Part shown: piece after piece, positions 10,444 through 20,431 of the stretch
Position numbering within the stretch: position 1 is the stretch's first letter
How the letters are laid out: the number at the start of each line of letters is the position of its first letter
Assembly (NCBI GenBank): GCA_964638325.1
Contig: CAZWYT010000004.1
Coordinates: 29,308 to 93,307 of the forward strand
DNA length: 64,000 bases
Source of the DNA: an uncultured Planctomycetales bacterium
Lineage (GTDB): Bacteria > Planctomycetota > Phycisphaerae > UBA1845 > Fen-1342
Reading direction: 5' to 3'
Program-made: the position numbers and the translations under genes
Notes under the pieces: model-generated
Databases searched by the model: none
What the model was told of the DNA's origin: nothing
What the model saw: the letters and a program-made list of their open reading frames with translations, nothing else

Positions 10444-11067
10444 ATGAGAAACACGATCCTGACAGCCTTGACGCCCCTGTGCTTGATGACCAGTACGTTG
10501 CTGGCCGAACCGCCGCCGATGCCGCCGACGCCCGCATCCATCCAGGACATCGTGTACGCACGGCCGTTCGCGCTCGAGAAGGGCTACGAGTACGCCTGGC
10601 GCAAGGAGCGGCCTACGGTCACCGAGGGCTACATCCTGGTGCTCAGGGTAGACCCGGCGCTCGTGTACCCGCGGCAGACGGCGGAGCCAGTGCTGTATGT
10701 CGGCGACACGACCGCCCAGCACGTGAACGTCGGCTACGCCTCCGGGCATCTGGTGGTCATTGTGCCCGGCAACCTCGCGGACTTCGACCTGAAGAAGACG
10801 CTGATTTGGTTCGGAACGCCGGAGCTGCCGGAACGCTGCACGGCGAAGATCATCGCGGAGGAGCGTGAGAAGGCGGTAAAGGCCGGGCTCCGGCCGCCGG
10901 CGGAGGCCAAGATCGACGCCGCCCGCGCCAAGGGCGGCGAGCGCTTGAGCGTGAAGGACGAAAACGAGCTGCTGCGGCAAGTCGCGCCGCTCATCAAGCA
11001 GTACGCGCCGGACGAGACCGAGCGGGCGGACAACCTGCTCACGCCGCGGGTGGAGGAGAAGAAGTAG
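10444..11067 (+). CDS. hypothetical secreted protein
   Basis: ATG at 10444 gives signal-peptide-like N-terminus MRNTILTALTPLCLMTSTLLA. Lys/Glu-rich C-terminus. Normal codon and amino-acid composition. Confidence 0.45.
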   Translation: MRNTILTALTPLCLMTSTLLAEPPPMPPTPASIQDIVYARPFALEKGYEYAWRKERPTVTEGYILVLRVDPALVYPRQTAEPVLYVGDTTAQHVNVGYASGHLVVIVPGNLADFDLKKTLIWFGTPELPERCTAKIIAEEREKAVKAGLRPPAEAKIDAARAKGGERLSVKDENELLRQVAPLIKQYAPDETERADNLLTPRVEEKK

Positions 11068-11343
11068 GGCGCGCCGTGTGCCCGTCAAGAACGGGGTGGC
11101 CCCCCGAAGACTCCGTCGTCGTCGCGACGCAACGACTTGTGGCGATCGTTGTTTCGATGATCGGGACGTACGGCGGCCCCACACTGAAACCGAATTGAGG
11201 GCGAAGCGATGAGCGACGGAGTCGGCGTGCGCCTGTGCCTCCCCGCCGTTGCTCGTACGCGTGCAGCGCGCCGGAACCGTCAGGCGTCTCCTGACGTCCC
11301 CGGATGAGGTCTTCGGCCAGGGCACGCGTCCGGCCAGTTCACC

Positions 11344-13611
11344 CTATCCGCGACCGCCCCGCCTGGGACGATCTCCGCCGGGGCGTTTCGCGCCAGATGA
11401 CGGAATCCGAGTCAGGACGACCACCGACCGCGGACCGACCTCGTAGGTGGGGAAGTCGGCCAACGGCTCAGCGCCGGGCTCGGCGAAGTCCTCCGGGCTG
11501 GGGCGGCCGGTGTCGACGACGCGCCGCCATTGACCGCGGCAACCCTCCCGGATAGCGAATCGCAGCGGCTCCCAAAACGCGTTGATCATGACGTACAGGT
11601 CGCCTTCGCCGAAACGCGCCCCGTGCAGGCAGTAGGCCAGGCTGCGCGACTCAGGGCGTAGGTCGGGCGGGCCGGCGACGCCATACCAGCGCACGTCATC
11701 CCGCCAATATCGGTTACGGGCGAGCGCGCGGCAGGCCTTGCGCAGCGCGATCATGCGCTGGAAGAAGCGGAAGACGTCCCGGTTTTCTTCCCGCCTGTCC
11801 CAGTCGAGCCATGTCGTCTCGTTGTCCTGGTTGTAGGGATTGTTGTTGCCTTGCTGCGTGTGCAGGAACTCGTCGCCAGCACAGAACATCGGCGTGCCGT
11901 TCGCCAGCATGAGCAGGCAGAAGAAGTTCTTGACCTGGCGGCGGCGGAGCGCCAGCACTTCGGCGGGGGCGCCAGAGTCACCTTCCCAGCCGCAGTTCCA
12001 GCTCAGGTTGTGGTCCGTGCCGTCGCGCCCGCCGTGGCCATTCGCTTCGTTGCGCTTGTGGCTGTACGCGACGAGGTCGTACAGGCAAAACCCGTCATGC
12101 GCCGTGATGAAGTTGACGCTCTGATAGGGTCGGTACGCGTCGCCCGGGCCGTCGGGGAACAGGTCGGCGCTGCCATACAGACGGCTCATGAGCGCAGCAA
12201 CCTTGCCCGGGTCGCCCCGGACAAAGGCCCGCAGGTCATTGCGAAACTGGCCGTTCCACTGCCGCCAACCCAGGCCCGGGAAGCTCCGCCCCAGCAGAGA
12301 GGTGCTGATGTCCCAGGCTTCGGCCACCAGGCGCACGTCGCACCGCCCGGCCAGCGCGCTGATCTCGCTGATCAGCGGCGATTCGTCGGTGTCCAGGTTT
12401 CCGCGGCGGTCCCGGGCGAAGACGGAGGCGAGGTCGAAGCGGAAGCCGTCCACGTGCAGGTCGTCAGCCCAGTGCCGCAGGCTGTGCAGCACGAGCGCCC
12501 GCACAACCGGGTGCGCGCAGCGCGTCGTGTTGCCGCAGCCGCTGTCGTTGCGGTTGCGCCCGGTGTCCATGTCGAGCAGGTAGTAGTTGCGGTTGTCGAT
12601 GCCGCGGAAGGAGTAGGTTGGCCCGTCGTCGCCGCCCTCGCACGTGTGGTTGTACACGACGTCCAGCCAGACCTCGATGCCCGCCGCATGGAACGCCTGC
12701 ACCATCGCGCGGAACTCCTGCACCACATCCTGGACGGCGTAGCCCTGGTGGGGCGCGAAGAAGTTCAGCGTCATGTAGCCCCAGTAGTTCCCTTCCTGCG
12801 GATCGAACTGCTGCACCGGCAACAGTTCCACGACGGTGATGCCGAGTTCGTGCAAATAGGGAATCTTGTCGACCAGGCCGAGGAAGGTGCCCCGTCTCGC
12901 CGCCGCCACGCCGGAGTTGCCCCTCGCCGTAAAGCCCTTTACGTGCAGCTCGTAGACGATCGCATCGTGCGTGTGGCGCGGGGGCGGAGGGCCGACCGGC
13001 GCGGCGGGTGCCGGCTCCGGCCCCGGTAGCACGCCAAGGGGGGCCTGGCCGTCGTTCGGGCCGGGGCGGCTGGCTGCGGCGCGCGAGAAGTCCGGCGGGA
13101 AGAAGACCGCACAGGCGAAGGGATCGAGCAGAACCTTGTGCGAATCGAAGCGCTGGCCGGCCGGCGGATCCCAGGGTCCCGCCACGTGATACGCGTAGTA
13201 CTTGGCGCGCGGCGCCGCCGCGCGCGCAACGAAACAGTGCCAAATACGGCCGGTCTTGTGCTGAAGCGGGTCGAGCCGGAGCTGATGCACGGGTCGCACG
13301 ACATCGTCCCCGGCGTACAGCAGCAGGGTCACGCTCGTGGCATGCCGTGAATACAGCGCGAAGTTCCAGGACTGCTCCGAGTCCACCCAGGTCACGCCCA
13401 GGGGGGCCGGGCTGCCGTCGGCACGCTCCCACTCGTCGATCGTGCCCAGGCAGCCCAACCGGGCCTGGTCCTGCGGCGTGAGCGCGTGGGGCGGGCGCGG
13501 CGCGGTGGCTTCCCGCCCGGCCAGCTCGGCATGCGCGGTCGGCCGCCGTGCCGTCGTCCAGCGCCGGTCGCTACGGTGCGCGTCTCTACTGCGGCGGTTC
13601 TGGCGAGGCAT
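11344..13611 (-). CDS. glgX: glycogen debranching enzyme GlgX (GH13 isoamylase-type)
   Basis: GH13 motifs: DVVYNHT, GFRFDLASV (catalytic Asp), EAWD (catalytic Glu), FITAHDGF, plus N-terminal CBM48-like region PLGVTWVDSEQSWNFALYSRHATSVTLLLY. Start uncertain (13611 or 13680). Confidence 0.8.
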   Translation of the reverse strand: MPRQNRRSRDAHRSDRRWTTARRPTAHAELAGREATAPRPPHALTPQDQARLGCLGTIDEWERADGSPAPLGVTWVDSEQSWNFALYSRHATSVTLLLYAGDDVVRPVHQLRLDPLQHKTGRIWHCFVARAAAPRAKYYAYHVAGPWDPPAGQRFDSHKVLLDPFACAVFFPPDFSRAAASRPGPNDGQAPLGVLPGPEPAPAAPVGPPPPRHTHDAIVYELHVKGFTARGNSGVAAARRGTFLGLVDKIPYLHELGITVVELLPVQQFDPQEGNYWGYMTLNFFAPHQGYAVQDVVQEFRAMVQAFHAAGIEVWLDVVYNHTCEGGDDGPTYSFRGIDNRNYYLLDMDTGRNRNDSGCGNTTRCAHPVVRALVLHSLRHWADDLHVDGFRFDLASVFARDRRGNLDTDESPLISEISALAGRCDVRLVAEAWDISTSLLGRSFPGLGWRQWNGQFRNDLRAFVRGDPGKVAALMSRLYGSADLFPDGPGDAYRPYQSVNFITAHDGFCLYDLVAYSHKRNEANGHGGRDGTDHNLSWNCGWEGDSGAPAEVLALRRRQVKNFFCLLMLANGTPMFCAGDEFLHTQQGNNNPYNQDNETTWLDWDRREENRDVFRFFQRMIALRKACRALARNRYWRDDVRWYGVAGPPDLRPESRSLAYCLHGARFGEGDLYVMINAFWEPLRFAIREGCRGQWRRVVDTGRPSPEDFAEPGAEPLADFPTYEVGPRSVVVLTRIPSSGAKRPGGDRPRRGGRG

Positions 13612-13689
13612 ACAGTCTCCCTGGACGGACGGGCGAGGTCTCGTGCCGACGCAGGCGCTCAGGCCCGCGGCGGCGGACAACCCGGCGAA

Positions 13690-13884
13690 TCATGCCCTGA
13701 ACAGCGTGGTCTCGGCAACCCGCAGGTCGCCCACCGCTTGCTTTATATGCTCGGCGATGGCGACTTCGGCCCGCGTGAAGTACGGGCGCGGGTCGTAGGC
13801 CTTTTTGGTGCCGACGTCGCCGTCCAGGCGCAGAACGCTATCGTAGCTGCGGAACACGTGGTCCGCGATCGCGCGGGTTGTCAC
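13690..13884 (-). CDS. possible small hypothetical protein (GTG start)
   Basis: C-terminal 64 aa of ORF 13690..14163 have balanced composition (VTTRAIADHVFRSYDSVLRLDGDVGTKKAYDPRPYFTRAEVAIAEHIKQAVGDLRVAETTLFRA). Upstream part is low-complexity. Weak call. Confidence 0.2.
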   Translation of the reverse strand: MTTRAIADHVFRSYDSVLRLDGDVGTKKAYDPRPYFTRAEVAIAEHIKQAVGDLRVAETTLFRA

Positions 13885-14221
13885 CCGCCCGGACGAGCAA
13901 GGGGGCAAGCCACGTGGCGTAGCACGTGATCTTTGGTCGCCTCCTTTCTGATGTCTCCCATTCGACCCCGTCGTCCCTCCTGCTCGGTGACAGCGCGACG
14001 TCCAGCCGTTCAGGCTGAACGTCGTTCTTGTTGCCGCCGCCTGACCAACTCCGGCCAGGCCCCGAGGCTGAGGCACGCCGCCACCCAGTTTTGTCCCCCT
14101 CAGCATGGAGCTCGCGCAAAGGCGCAGAGACGCGAAGAAGACGCCAGAAATGAACGCTCGCACTCCCGTGCCGCCCGGCGAGCCCCCGGGGATCCTGTTG
14201 GCATCGTCGCTGCCGCGTGGC

Positions 14222-15457
14222 TCAGCGCGGCACGGGCTGGCCGTCCGTCAAGCGGTCCACGCCCTCCACCGCGACTTCCTGTCCGTCGACCAGGCCGGAC
14301 ACCACCTCGACCGAGTCGCGCTCACGCGCACCCAGCAGGACGGGTACCGCGATGAACCGGCCCGCGCGGGCGACGAAGACCCGCGCGCCGCCTCCGTCGG
14401 CGTTCCGGAGAACGGCCGAGCACGGTATCCACAGCCCGGCGCCTGGGGACGTCGCCGCCTGCGGCTCAGCGGCAAGGAACTGAACCTGCGCAGCGCCCTC
14501 GATCCGCAGGTACTCGTCCGGCTTTTCAATGCGCACTTTTACCTGGACCGTCGCTTTCGCGTAATTCGCACCGGGGTCGAGCCACAACACGTGGCCGCGG
14601 TAGCGCCGGTCCTTGCTCGAGTCGGGCACCACGACACACGGCATGCCCGCCTGCAGGCGACCCACGTCGAGCTCGTTGACGTCCACCTCCACGCGGAGCT
14701 TGCTCATGTCCGCGATGGAGCCGACCTGCGAGTTGGCCATCGCCCCGCGCCCGCCCTCCGCCGCCACGAAGTCGCCCACCTCGACGCTGCGTTCCAGCAT
14801 GACGCCGGCGATGGGCGCCTCGACCTGGCAGTCGCTCAGCACCTTGTCGGCGTAGGCCAACTCGGCCTCGGAAGCGGCGACGAGCGCCTGCGTTTCCGCA
14901 CACGCGCGGCGGGCCTCGGCGAGCTCGATTTCCGACGCCTGGCCAATCTTCGACAGGCCTTGCACGCGGGCGAAGTTAACCTTCTGATACTCGAGATTCG
15001 CCTTCGCCTTGGCGAGGTTGGCGGTTGCCGCGTCGCGGCGGGCGCGCGGAAGCACGTCTTCGATGCGCGCCAGAATCTGCCCGCGCTCCACGCGGTCACC
15101 CTGCTCGAAGAGCAGCGCGACGACCTGGCCGGACACCTTCGTCGCCACCTCGACGCGGTGGTCGGAGACGATCTTGCCGGTGGCGGTTAGCGTGGGGGTC
15201 GCATCGGTGACGTGCTGCGCCTGGACCTTGACCAGCCGCACGGGCGCCGGCTGCGTGGTGGCGGGCTTCAGCATGGGCAGCCGCGCACCGAACTTGTCCC
15301 ACGCGATGTACCCGGCCAGCCCGAGCAGGAGCAGGAGCAGGAACACGACGGTCGCGGAGCGCCCTAGACGGGCACCTGCTCGCGTTGCCCCCGGCCGCTG
15401 CTCGCGCGGGATGCTGAGGCTGCGGAGTTGATCCCGAAGCTGGGGTCCGTTCTGCAT
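14222..15457 (-). CDS. efflux transporter periplasmic adaptor subunit (HlyD/MacA family)
   Basis: N-terminal TM helix, coiled-coil region (ANLAKAKANLEYQKVNFARVQ...AEARRACAETQALVAASEAELAYADKVL), barrel-sandwich and beta-barrel motifs typical of MFP adaptors. Confidence 0.75.
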   Translation of the reverse strand: MQNGPQLRDQLRSLSIPREQRPGATRAGARLGRSATVVFLLLLLLGLAGYIAWDKFGARLPMLKPATTQPAPVRLVKVQAQHVTDATPTLTATGKIVSDHRVEVATKVSGQVVALLFEQGDRVERGQILARIEDVLPRARRDAATANLAKAKANLEYQKVNFARVQGLSKIGQASEIELAEARRACAETQALVAASEAELAYADKVLSDCQVEAPIAGVMLERSVEVGDFVAAEGGRGAMANSQVGSIADMSKLRVEVDVNELDVGRLQAGMPCVVVPDSSKDRRYRGHVLWLDPGANYAKATVQVKVRIEKPDEYLRIEGAAQVQFLAAEPQAATSPGAGLWIPCSAVLRNADGGGARVFVARAGRFIAVPVLLGARERDSVEVVSGLVDGQEVAVEGVDRLTDGQPVPR

Positions 15458-15777
15458 GATACCCCAATTGTAACCGCCGCATGGACTGGCCAGTAGAACC
15501 CGGCCCGCGCGTGCTGGCGCGCCGCGGTCTCACCCGGACGGAAGGGTTCTGAGCGGCGCTCAGCCCTTTCGAACCGCTGGGAGGATGTTGATCCGCGCGG
15601 CGCGGGCGCCGGACGGCGCGGGCCCCGGCCACGCCGACCAGAGTCGTCACTCCTGGGGCCGAGGCCACGATTCCCGGTGCGAGGGAGTCCCTTGTTCCCT
15701 GTTTACGGACCGCCCCTTCCTGGTGTCCATGCCGCTCGGCCCGCACTCGGCGTCCATCACTCACCCTTCCCGCAGGA

Positions 15778-16959
15778 CTACTCTTGTCGCAAAGCGCTGA
15801 TCATCCGGACCCGCGCCGCCCGCCAGGCCGGCATGAGTGCCCCGCACGCCCCGACCAGCGCCACCACGCCCAGCGCTGCGGCGACGATGGGCGGCGTCAG
15901 GCGGATATCGAACGCCAGCGTCGTGAAGCTCGTCGTGCCGTACATATCCTTTGTATGCCCCACGAACTCGAGCCACATGCCGCACGCCAGGCACCCGACG
16001 ACTCCGCCGAGCAGCGCCAGCAGCACCGCCTCCAGCACGAACCCGAACAGGATCTGGCCGCGCTTGAAGCCGATCGTACGCAGCATCGCGATCTCGCGCG
16101 TGCGGCCGGCAACCGCCGCGAACATCGTGTTGGCGATTGCGAACACTGCCGCCAGTGCCATGACCGCGACCAGCGCCGCCACAATGAGCAGGTACACGCG
16201 AATGCGGGCGGACTGCTTGTCCCAGTAGTCGCGTTCGGTCTGAGCCGTCATCTCGATGGCCGGGCCGGCGATCTCTTGCACCACGGCCGGCGCGTCGGCC
16301 CCGTCGCGCAACCGCAGCGCCGCGGAGGAGTACATCGTGCGGTTGTACGCGTTCATCAGCGACGGCAGGTAGGCCCAGATCTCACTTTCCAGCGGCCCAC
16401 CAGCGGCGCTGAAGTAGCCCACCACCTTGTAGCCGCGGTTGCTGCCGTAGCCGAGGCTGATCAGGTCGCCGAGCTGCAGACCGCCGAACTGTTGGGCCGT
16501 GCGGAGGCCGACGATGACCTCCTGCCCACCGGTCGAGAACACCGGTCCGAGCGGCTTCACCGTCCGGTGCACGTCAAACGCCCGCAGCGTGACCCCGCGC
16601 ACCGCAACGTTCGCCTGCGTGCGGCCGCCGTCGCGAAGCCGCGGCAGCGAGACCTGCACGATCATCTCGGGGCTCAGCAGGGCGTCGCCGCCCGGCGCGC
16701 GGGCCAGGTCGGTGAGCTGGTTGAGCTTGTTGTAGTCTGCGACGGGCAGCGCGCTGGTCGTCTCGGACGTCGCCCCCCGGCGGATGACGATCAGCTTGCG
16801 GTCGTCACTCGCGACCGAGAGCGAGCTCTCCAGGGCGGCAGCGAAGCCGAGCATCCATGACAGCGTGCCGACCACTGCGGCAATCACCAGCACGGTGAGC
16901 GTGGTCGTCGTCCTGCGAACGAGCAGGCTGCGCCAGTGATACGACAGCGGCAAGGCCAT
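15778..16959 (-). CDS. ABC transporter permease, FtsX/MacB family
   Basis: N-terminal TM, large periplasmic domain, then C-terminal 3-TM FtsX domain (RTREIAMLRTIGFKRGQIL...). 393 aa. Confidence 0.75.
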   Translation of the reverse strand: MALPLSYHWRSLLVRRTTTTLTVLVIAAVVGTLSWMLGFAAALESSLSVASDDRKLIVIRRGATSETTSALPVADYNKLNQLTDLARAPGGDALLSPEMIVQVSLPRLRDGGRTQANVAVRGVTLRAFDVHRTVKPLGPVFSTGGQEVIVGLRTAQQFGGLQLGDLISLGYGSNRGYKVVGYFSAAGGPLESEIWAYLPSLMNAYNRTMYSSAALRLRDGADAPAVVQEIAGPAIEMTAQTERDYWDKQSARIRVYLLIVAALVAVMALAAVFAIANTMFAAVAGRTREIAMLRTIGFKRGQILFGFVLEAVLLALLGGVVGCLACGMWLEFVGHTKDMYGTTSFTTLAFDIRLTPPIVAAALGVVALVGACGALMPAWRAARVRMISALRQE

Positions 16960-17030
16960 CCGCGGCTCTCAGCTTTCACCTTTCGCGACGCCCGGCCGTC
17001 CTCGTCCGCACGTGGACGCGCGACCGCTTT

Positions 17031-18200
17031 CTACGCCACCCGGCGCAGCGCGTCCGCGGTTCGCAGCCGCAGCCCCTGGTACGCCGGCCAGAACCCGGCC
17101 ACGATCCCGACGCCCAGCCCGATGGCGAGCGATCCGCCCGCCGCCACCCAGGACAACTGCGGCGAGCTGAAGGATCCCAGCGTCATGTACTTCCGCGGCG
17201 TCAGCACCAACGCCGCGCAGACCGGCATGATCCCCAGCAATGACCCGAGCAGCGCCAGCAGCACGCTCTCCGACAGGACGATGGTGAACACGCGCCACGC
17301 CTGGAAACCGATCGCCTTGAACACCGCCAGCTCGCCGATGCGTTCCCGGAAGCTCATCATCATCGTGTTGCCCGCCACGAGGGCAATGATGAACACCACG
17401 ACGATCGCCATCGTGCGGGCCAGGCTGGGGATGTCGCCGACCGCCTGGATGAAACCGGCGATCAACGCGTTCTCGTCCTCGCTTTTGGTCTCGTTCGGGC
17501 TGTTTGCGAATTGCGTGTCGATTTCGGTCTGCAGCGCGCGCAGCGCCGCAGCGCTGTGGCACTTGACCCAGAAGATGTTGCAGCCGGTGCCGGTCGCGCC
17601 GGCAGCCTCCAGTGAATCGACCAGGTAGTCCCGGCGGAAGTAGAACATGTTCGGCGGGGAGGAGTTCGGGATGATCTTGACGATCTGGAATTCGAGCCGC
17701 TCGTAGGGCGGGATCGTGCTCTCCAGCTCGATGCGCTGCCCGGTCCGCCACCCGTATTGCATCGCCACGCCGTCCCCGACCACCGCCGCCCGGCGGTCGC
17801 GCTGCCACTGGGCGATGTCGTCCGCGCTCATTTGGGCGTCGGCGTACACAATCGGGAACGTGTCGGCGTCGGAAGCGAGGCTCGTCAGCGTGTTCTGCGT
17901 CCCCGGGACGCGCCCGCCGAACCAGCGCATGCCGCACACGGCGACGAGCCGCTGGCGCTGCGGGTCGAGCTCCTCGATTTTCCGCCGCAGGCCGTCGGGC
18001 AGCGAGCTGGTGAGCGAGACCTTGTGCCGCACGCCGAGACGGAGTTGCTTCTCGTTCTTCTCCGCGGTGCGGGCCAGTCCGACGACCAGCGAAAGGGCGA
18101 GCACAAAAATGCCCATCGGCAGCGCGAACGCGACCAAGGTGAGCCCGGTCCGGAGCCGGTTGCGTCTCAGGTTTTGCAGCAGGACGTAGGAGCGCGTCAC
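17031..18200 (-). CDS. ABC transporter permease, FtsX/MacB family (GTG start)
   Basis: The 737-aa ORF 17031..19244 is a read-through artefact. The permease proper begins at GTG 18200 (VTRSYVLLQNLRRNRLRTGLTLVAFAL...) and ends with the FtsX domain (FRERIGELAVFKAIGFQAWRV...). 389 aa by codon count. Confidence 0.7.
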   Translation of the reverse strand: MTRSYVLLQNLRRNRLRTGLTLVAFALPMGIFVLALSLVVGLARTAEKNEKQLRLGVRHKVSLTSSLPDGLRRKIEELDPQRQRLVAVCGMRWFGGRVPGTQNTLTSLASDADTFPIVYADAQMSADDIAQWQRDRRAAVVGDGVAMQYGWRTGQRIELESTIPPYERLEFQIVKIIPNSSPPNMFYFRRDYLVDSLEAAGATGTGCNIFWVKCHSAAALRALQTEIDTQFANSPNETKSEDENALIAGFIQAVGDIPSLARTMAIVVVFIIALVAGNTMMMSFRERIGELAVFKAIGFQAWRVFTIVLSESVLLALLGSLLGIMPVCAALVLTPRKYMTLGSFSSPQLSWVAAGGSLAIGLGVGIVAGFWPAYQGLRLRTADALRRVA

Positions 18201-18223
18201 ACGTGGACTCCGCTTGCGGCGCC

Positions 18224-18940
18224 TCAGCCGCGGGGCGTCGGGGCCATGGGCCGGTTGGTTTCCTCGCGATCGAGCACGCCCTTGTCCAGGTGCAGCACAC
18301 GCCGGCCGTGGGCCGCCGCCCGCGGGTCGTGCGTGACCATTACGATCGTCTTCCCGAACTCGGTGTTCAGCAGCGCCAGCAGTTGCAGGATCTCCTCGGA
18401 GGTCTTCGCGTCCAGGTCGCCGGTCGGCTCGTCGGCCAGGATCACGTCTGGGTCGGTGACGATCGCGCGGGCGATGGCGACGCGCTGCTCCTCCCCGCCG
18501 GAAAGCTGGCTCGGCCGATGGTCCATTCGGTCGGTCAGCCCGACGATCCGCAGCGCGGTCTGGACGCGGCGGCGGCGCTCCCGGCCTGGCATACGGAACA
18601 ACAGCAGCGGCAGCTCGATGTTCTGCGCTGCGGTCAGCACCGGCACCAGGTGGTACATCTGGAAGATAAAGCCGACGTGCCGGCTGCGCCAGGCGGTCAG
18701 CGCGCCTTCGCTCATGCGTTCGAGCTGCGCCTCGCCGACGCGGACCGCGCCGGAGGTCGGCGAGTCCAGCCCGCCGACCACGTGCAGCAGCGTGGACTTG
18801 CCGGAGCCGCTGGGGCCCATGATCGCAAGGAACGAGCCGGCGCCGATCGTCAGCGTCAGGCCGTCCAGGGCCGGAATGTCGATGCGACCCTTGCGATAAT
18901 GCTTGTGTACCTCGACCAGCTCGATGTCGGCTGCGCTCAT
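18224..18940 (-). CDS. ABC transporter ATP-binding protein (MacB/LolD-type)
   Basis: Walker A GPSGSGKST, Q-loop, signature LSGGEEQRVAIARA, Walker B VILADEPTGDLD, H-loop VTHD. Start at ATG 18940 (MSAADIELVEVHK). Confidence 0.85.
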   Translation of the reverse strand: MSAADIELVEVHKHYRKGRIDIPALDGLTLTIGAGSFLAIMGPSGSGKSTLLHVVGGLDSPTSGAVRVGEAQLERMSEGALTAWRSRHVGFIFQMYHLVPVLTAAQNIELPLLLFRMPGRERRRRVQTALRIVGLTDRMDHRPSQLSGGEEQRVAIARAIVTDPDVILADEPTGDLDAKTSEEILQLLALLNTEFGKTIVMVTHDPRAAAHGRRVLHLDKGVLDREETNRPMAPTPRG

Positions 18941-19461
18941 GCTCCGCTCCGGCTTGGCGTCCGGCACCCGAGAGAAATCGGCCGCACGCGATGGGGGGAT
19001 TATAGGGTCGGCAGCCGGCGGAGCCTATGGCGGCTGTGCGCGGGTACCTGGTCCGCTTTGCGGACGGCGCGGCGCTGGGGTGCGAGGAGGAACGCGCTGC
19101 TCGGCGTGGGCTGGAGGTGCTGCCGAGACGCCTCGGTCGCTTCGCCGGCACTGGGTGGTGAGGCGCAAGACCGCCAGCAGCACCGTACCCTGACATAGAA
19201 ATCGCGGGGGCACTACGCGTGTTACAGGTGCACCGGAAACGCACCAGCCATGCGCAGCTTTTTCCGCACGGTCCGCCGCTTGTGGAAAAAGTCGATCGGC
19301 CGCCGCTCTCAGCGTGAACGCGTTACCTGGGAGTCGTGCGAGCGGATGCTAGAGCCCTACCCGCTTCCCCGCCCGGTCGTGGTCCATTCGGTCTACCGTC
19401 GGTTGCCGACCCCGGCATAAGGAGCCGCTTGTGGGAATCCCGCTCGTGCGGACGGGTGGCG

Positions 19462-19487
19462 GACCCGGGTGAAAAACCACCCGGGTC
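19462..19487. promoter_or_regulatory. perfect 10-bp inverted repeat hairpin (GACCCGGGTG-AAAAAC-CACCCGGGTC) followed ~16 bp later by a TATAAT-like hexamer
   Basis: Read directly in the 600-bp intergenic region upstream of ORF 19554. Either an operator/terminator or a promoter-associated element. Confidence 0.3.
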
Positions 19488-19553
19488 TAGCCGCGAGCCA
19501 CATATAATCGACTAGTCCGCCCGCGGGCCGCTGGGCGAGTTACGGAGAATAGC

Positions 19554-19892
19554 GTGCGCATCGCTCGAAAAACGCAGTTCGCGGTGTGGTGCGCGTTGCT
19601 CGGCGTGCCGTTGCTGGCCGCCCTGCTCTGGCTGGCCAGCGGACGCGAAACACTGACCAAATCCGGCAAAGCCGTGGAGTTTACCGTCCGCGACGAACTT
19701 TTCGGCGACACTCTGGTGGAGCGGCGACTGGTGCCCGGGCCTGTGCTGGGCTACTACGTTGGGCTGGACGTTGTCGCCGTTACTGCGCTCGCCACGCTCG
19801 TCAGCGGCTTCATCTGGCGGCGCGTGACCTCCCATAGTCAACAGCGTGAACCCCCGCGCGAGGTAGGCACGAATGACACCTCGAGAGTCTAA
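19554..19892 (+). CDS. hypothetical small membrane protein
   Basis: 112 aa with two hydrophobic segments (FAVWCALLGVPLLAALLWLA; YVGLDVVAVTALATLVSGFIW). Preceded by hairpin and TATAAT-like box. Confidence 0.3.
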   Translation: MRIARKTQFAVWCALLGVPLLAALLWLASGRETLTKSGKAVEFTVRDELFGDTLVERRLVPGPVLGYYVGLDVVAVTALATLVSGFIWRRVTSHSQQREPPREVGTNDTSRV

Positions 19893-20431
19893 ACCGCGTT
19901 TCAAGTCGCCTGTTGGAAGCCGCGGCCCCGGACTCGTTCTGGCGTTGCTGCTGAGCGTGACGCTGACGCTGCACATGTCGAAGACGATTTCCGGCGGCCA
20001 GACGCTCCGCCTGCAACGCTTGGCTGCGGACTGGGGGGAGGGCACCTCGCATGCGCCCGGCGAGGAGGGCGGCGGAGACTGACGCGGGCAGCCATAATGT
20101 CGTGGTCAGCGATCCCTGCGGTTCCGTCACGAGCATGTCGGCGATGCTGACGGTGCAAGCGCCGCCGCCCGCGCCGCAGGACTGTGGCGCCATGCTCTGT
20201 GCGCCCGGCGTTGTCCCGTTCCTGCCGCTTACGCTGGGGGGTGTTGGCTGGCTCGAAGTGCGTCACCGCCGCAAGCTTTGCTCGGCGTCGTGACATGATA
20301 CGGAGGAGTTTGCTGTTGAGCCGACGGGGGAGCCAGAGGACACGATGTCGGCGATGGTGGACAAGAAGGTGGTCGTTGCGGAATAATGCGCGGCGGTGGA
20401 TGATGTTCGGGCTTCGTCGCAGGAGACCCAC

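Noticed and set aside
11851-13029. 392-aa ORF on + strand (and 12464..13432 -)
   Set aside because: Antisense/alternate frames of glgX, whose GH13 motifs are clear.
14105-15190. 361-aa ORF on + strand; also 15784..16860 + and 16969..18300 -
   Set aside because: Shadow ORFs over the adaptor and permease genes.
17031-19244. 737-aa ORF apparently fusing ATPase-region sequence with a permease
   Set aside because: Read-through artefact. The upstream 350 aa are out-of-frame antisense/alternate-frame sequence over the ATPase gene. The true permease begins at GTG 18200, 23 nt after the ATPase stop.
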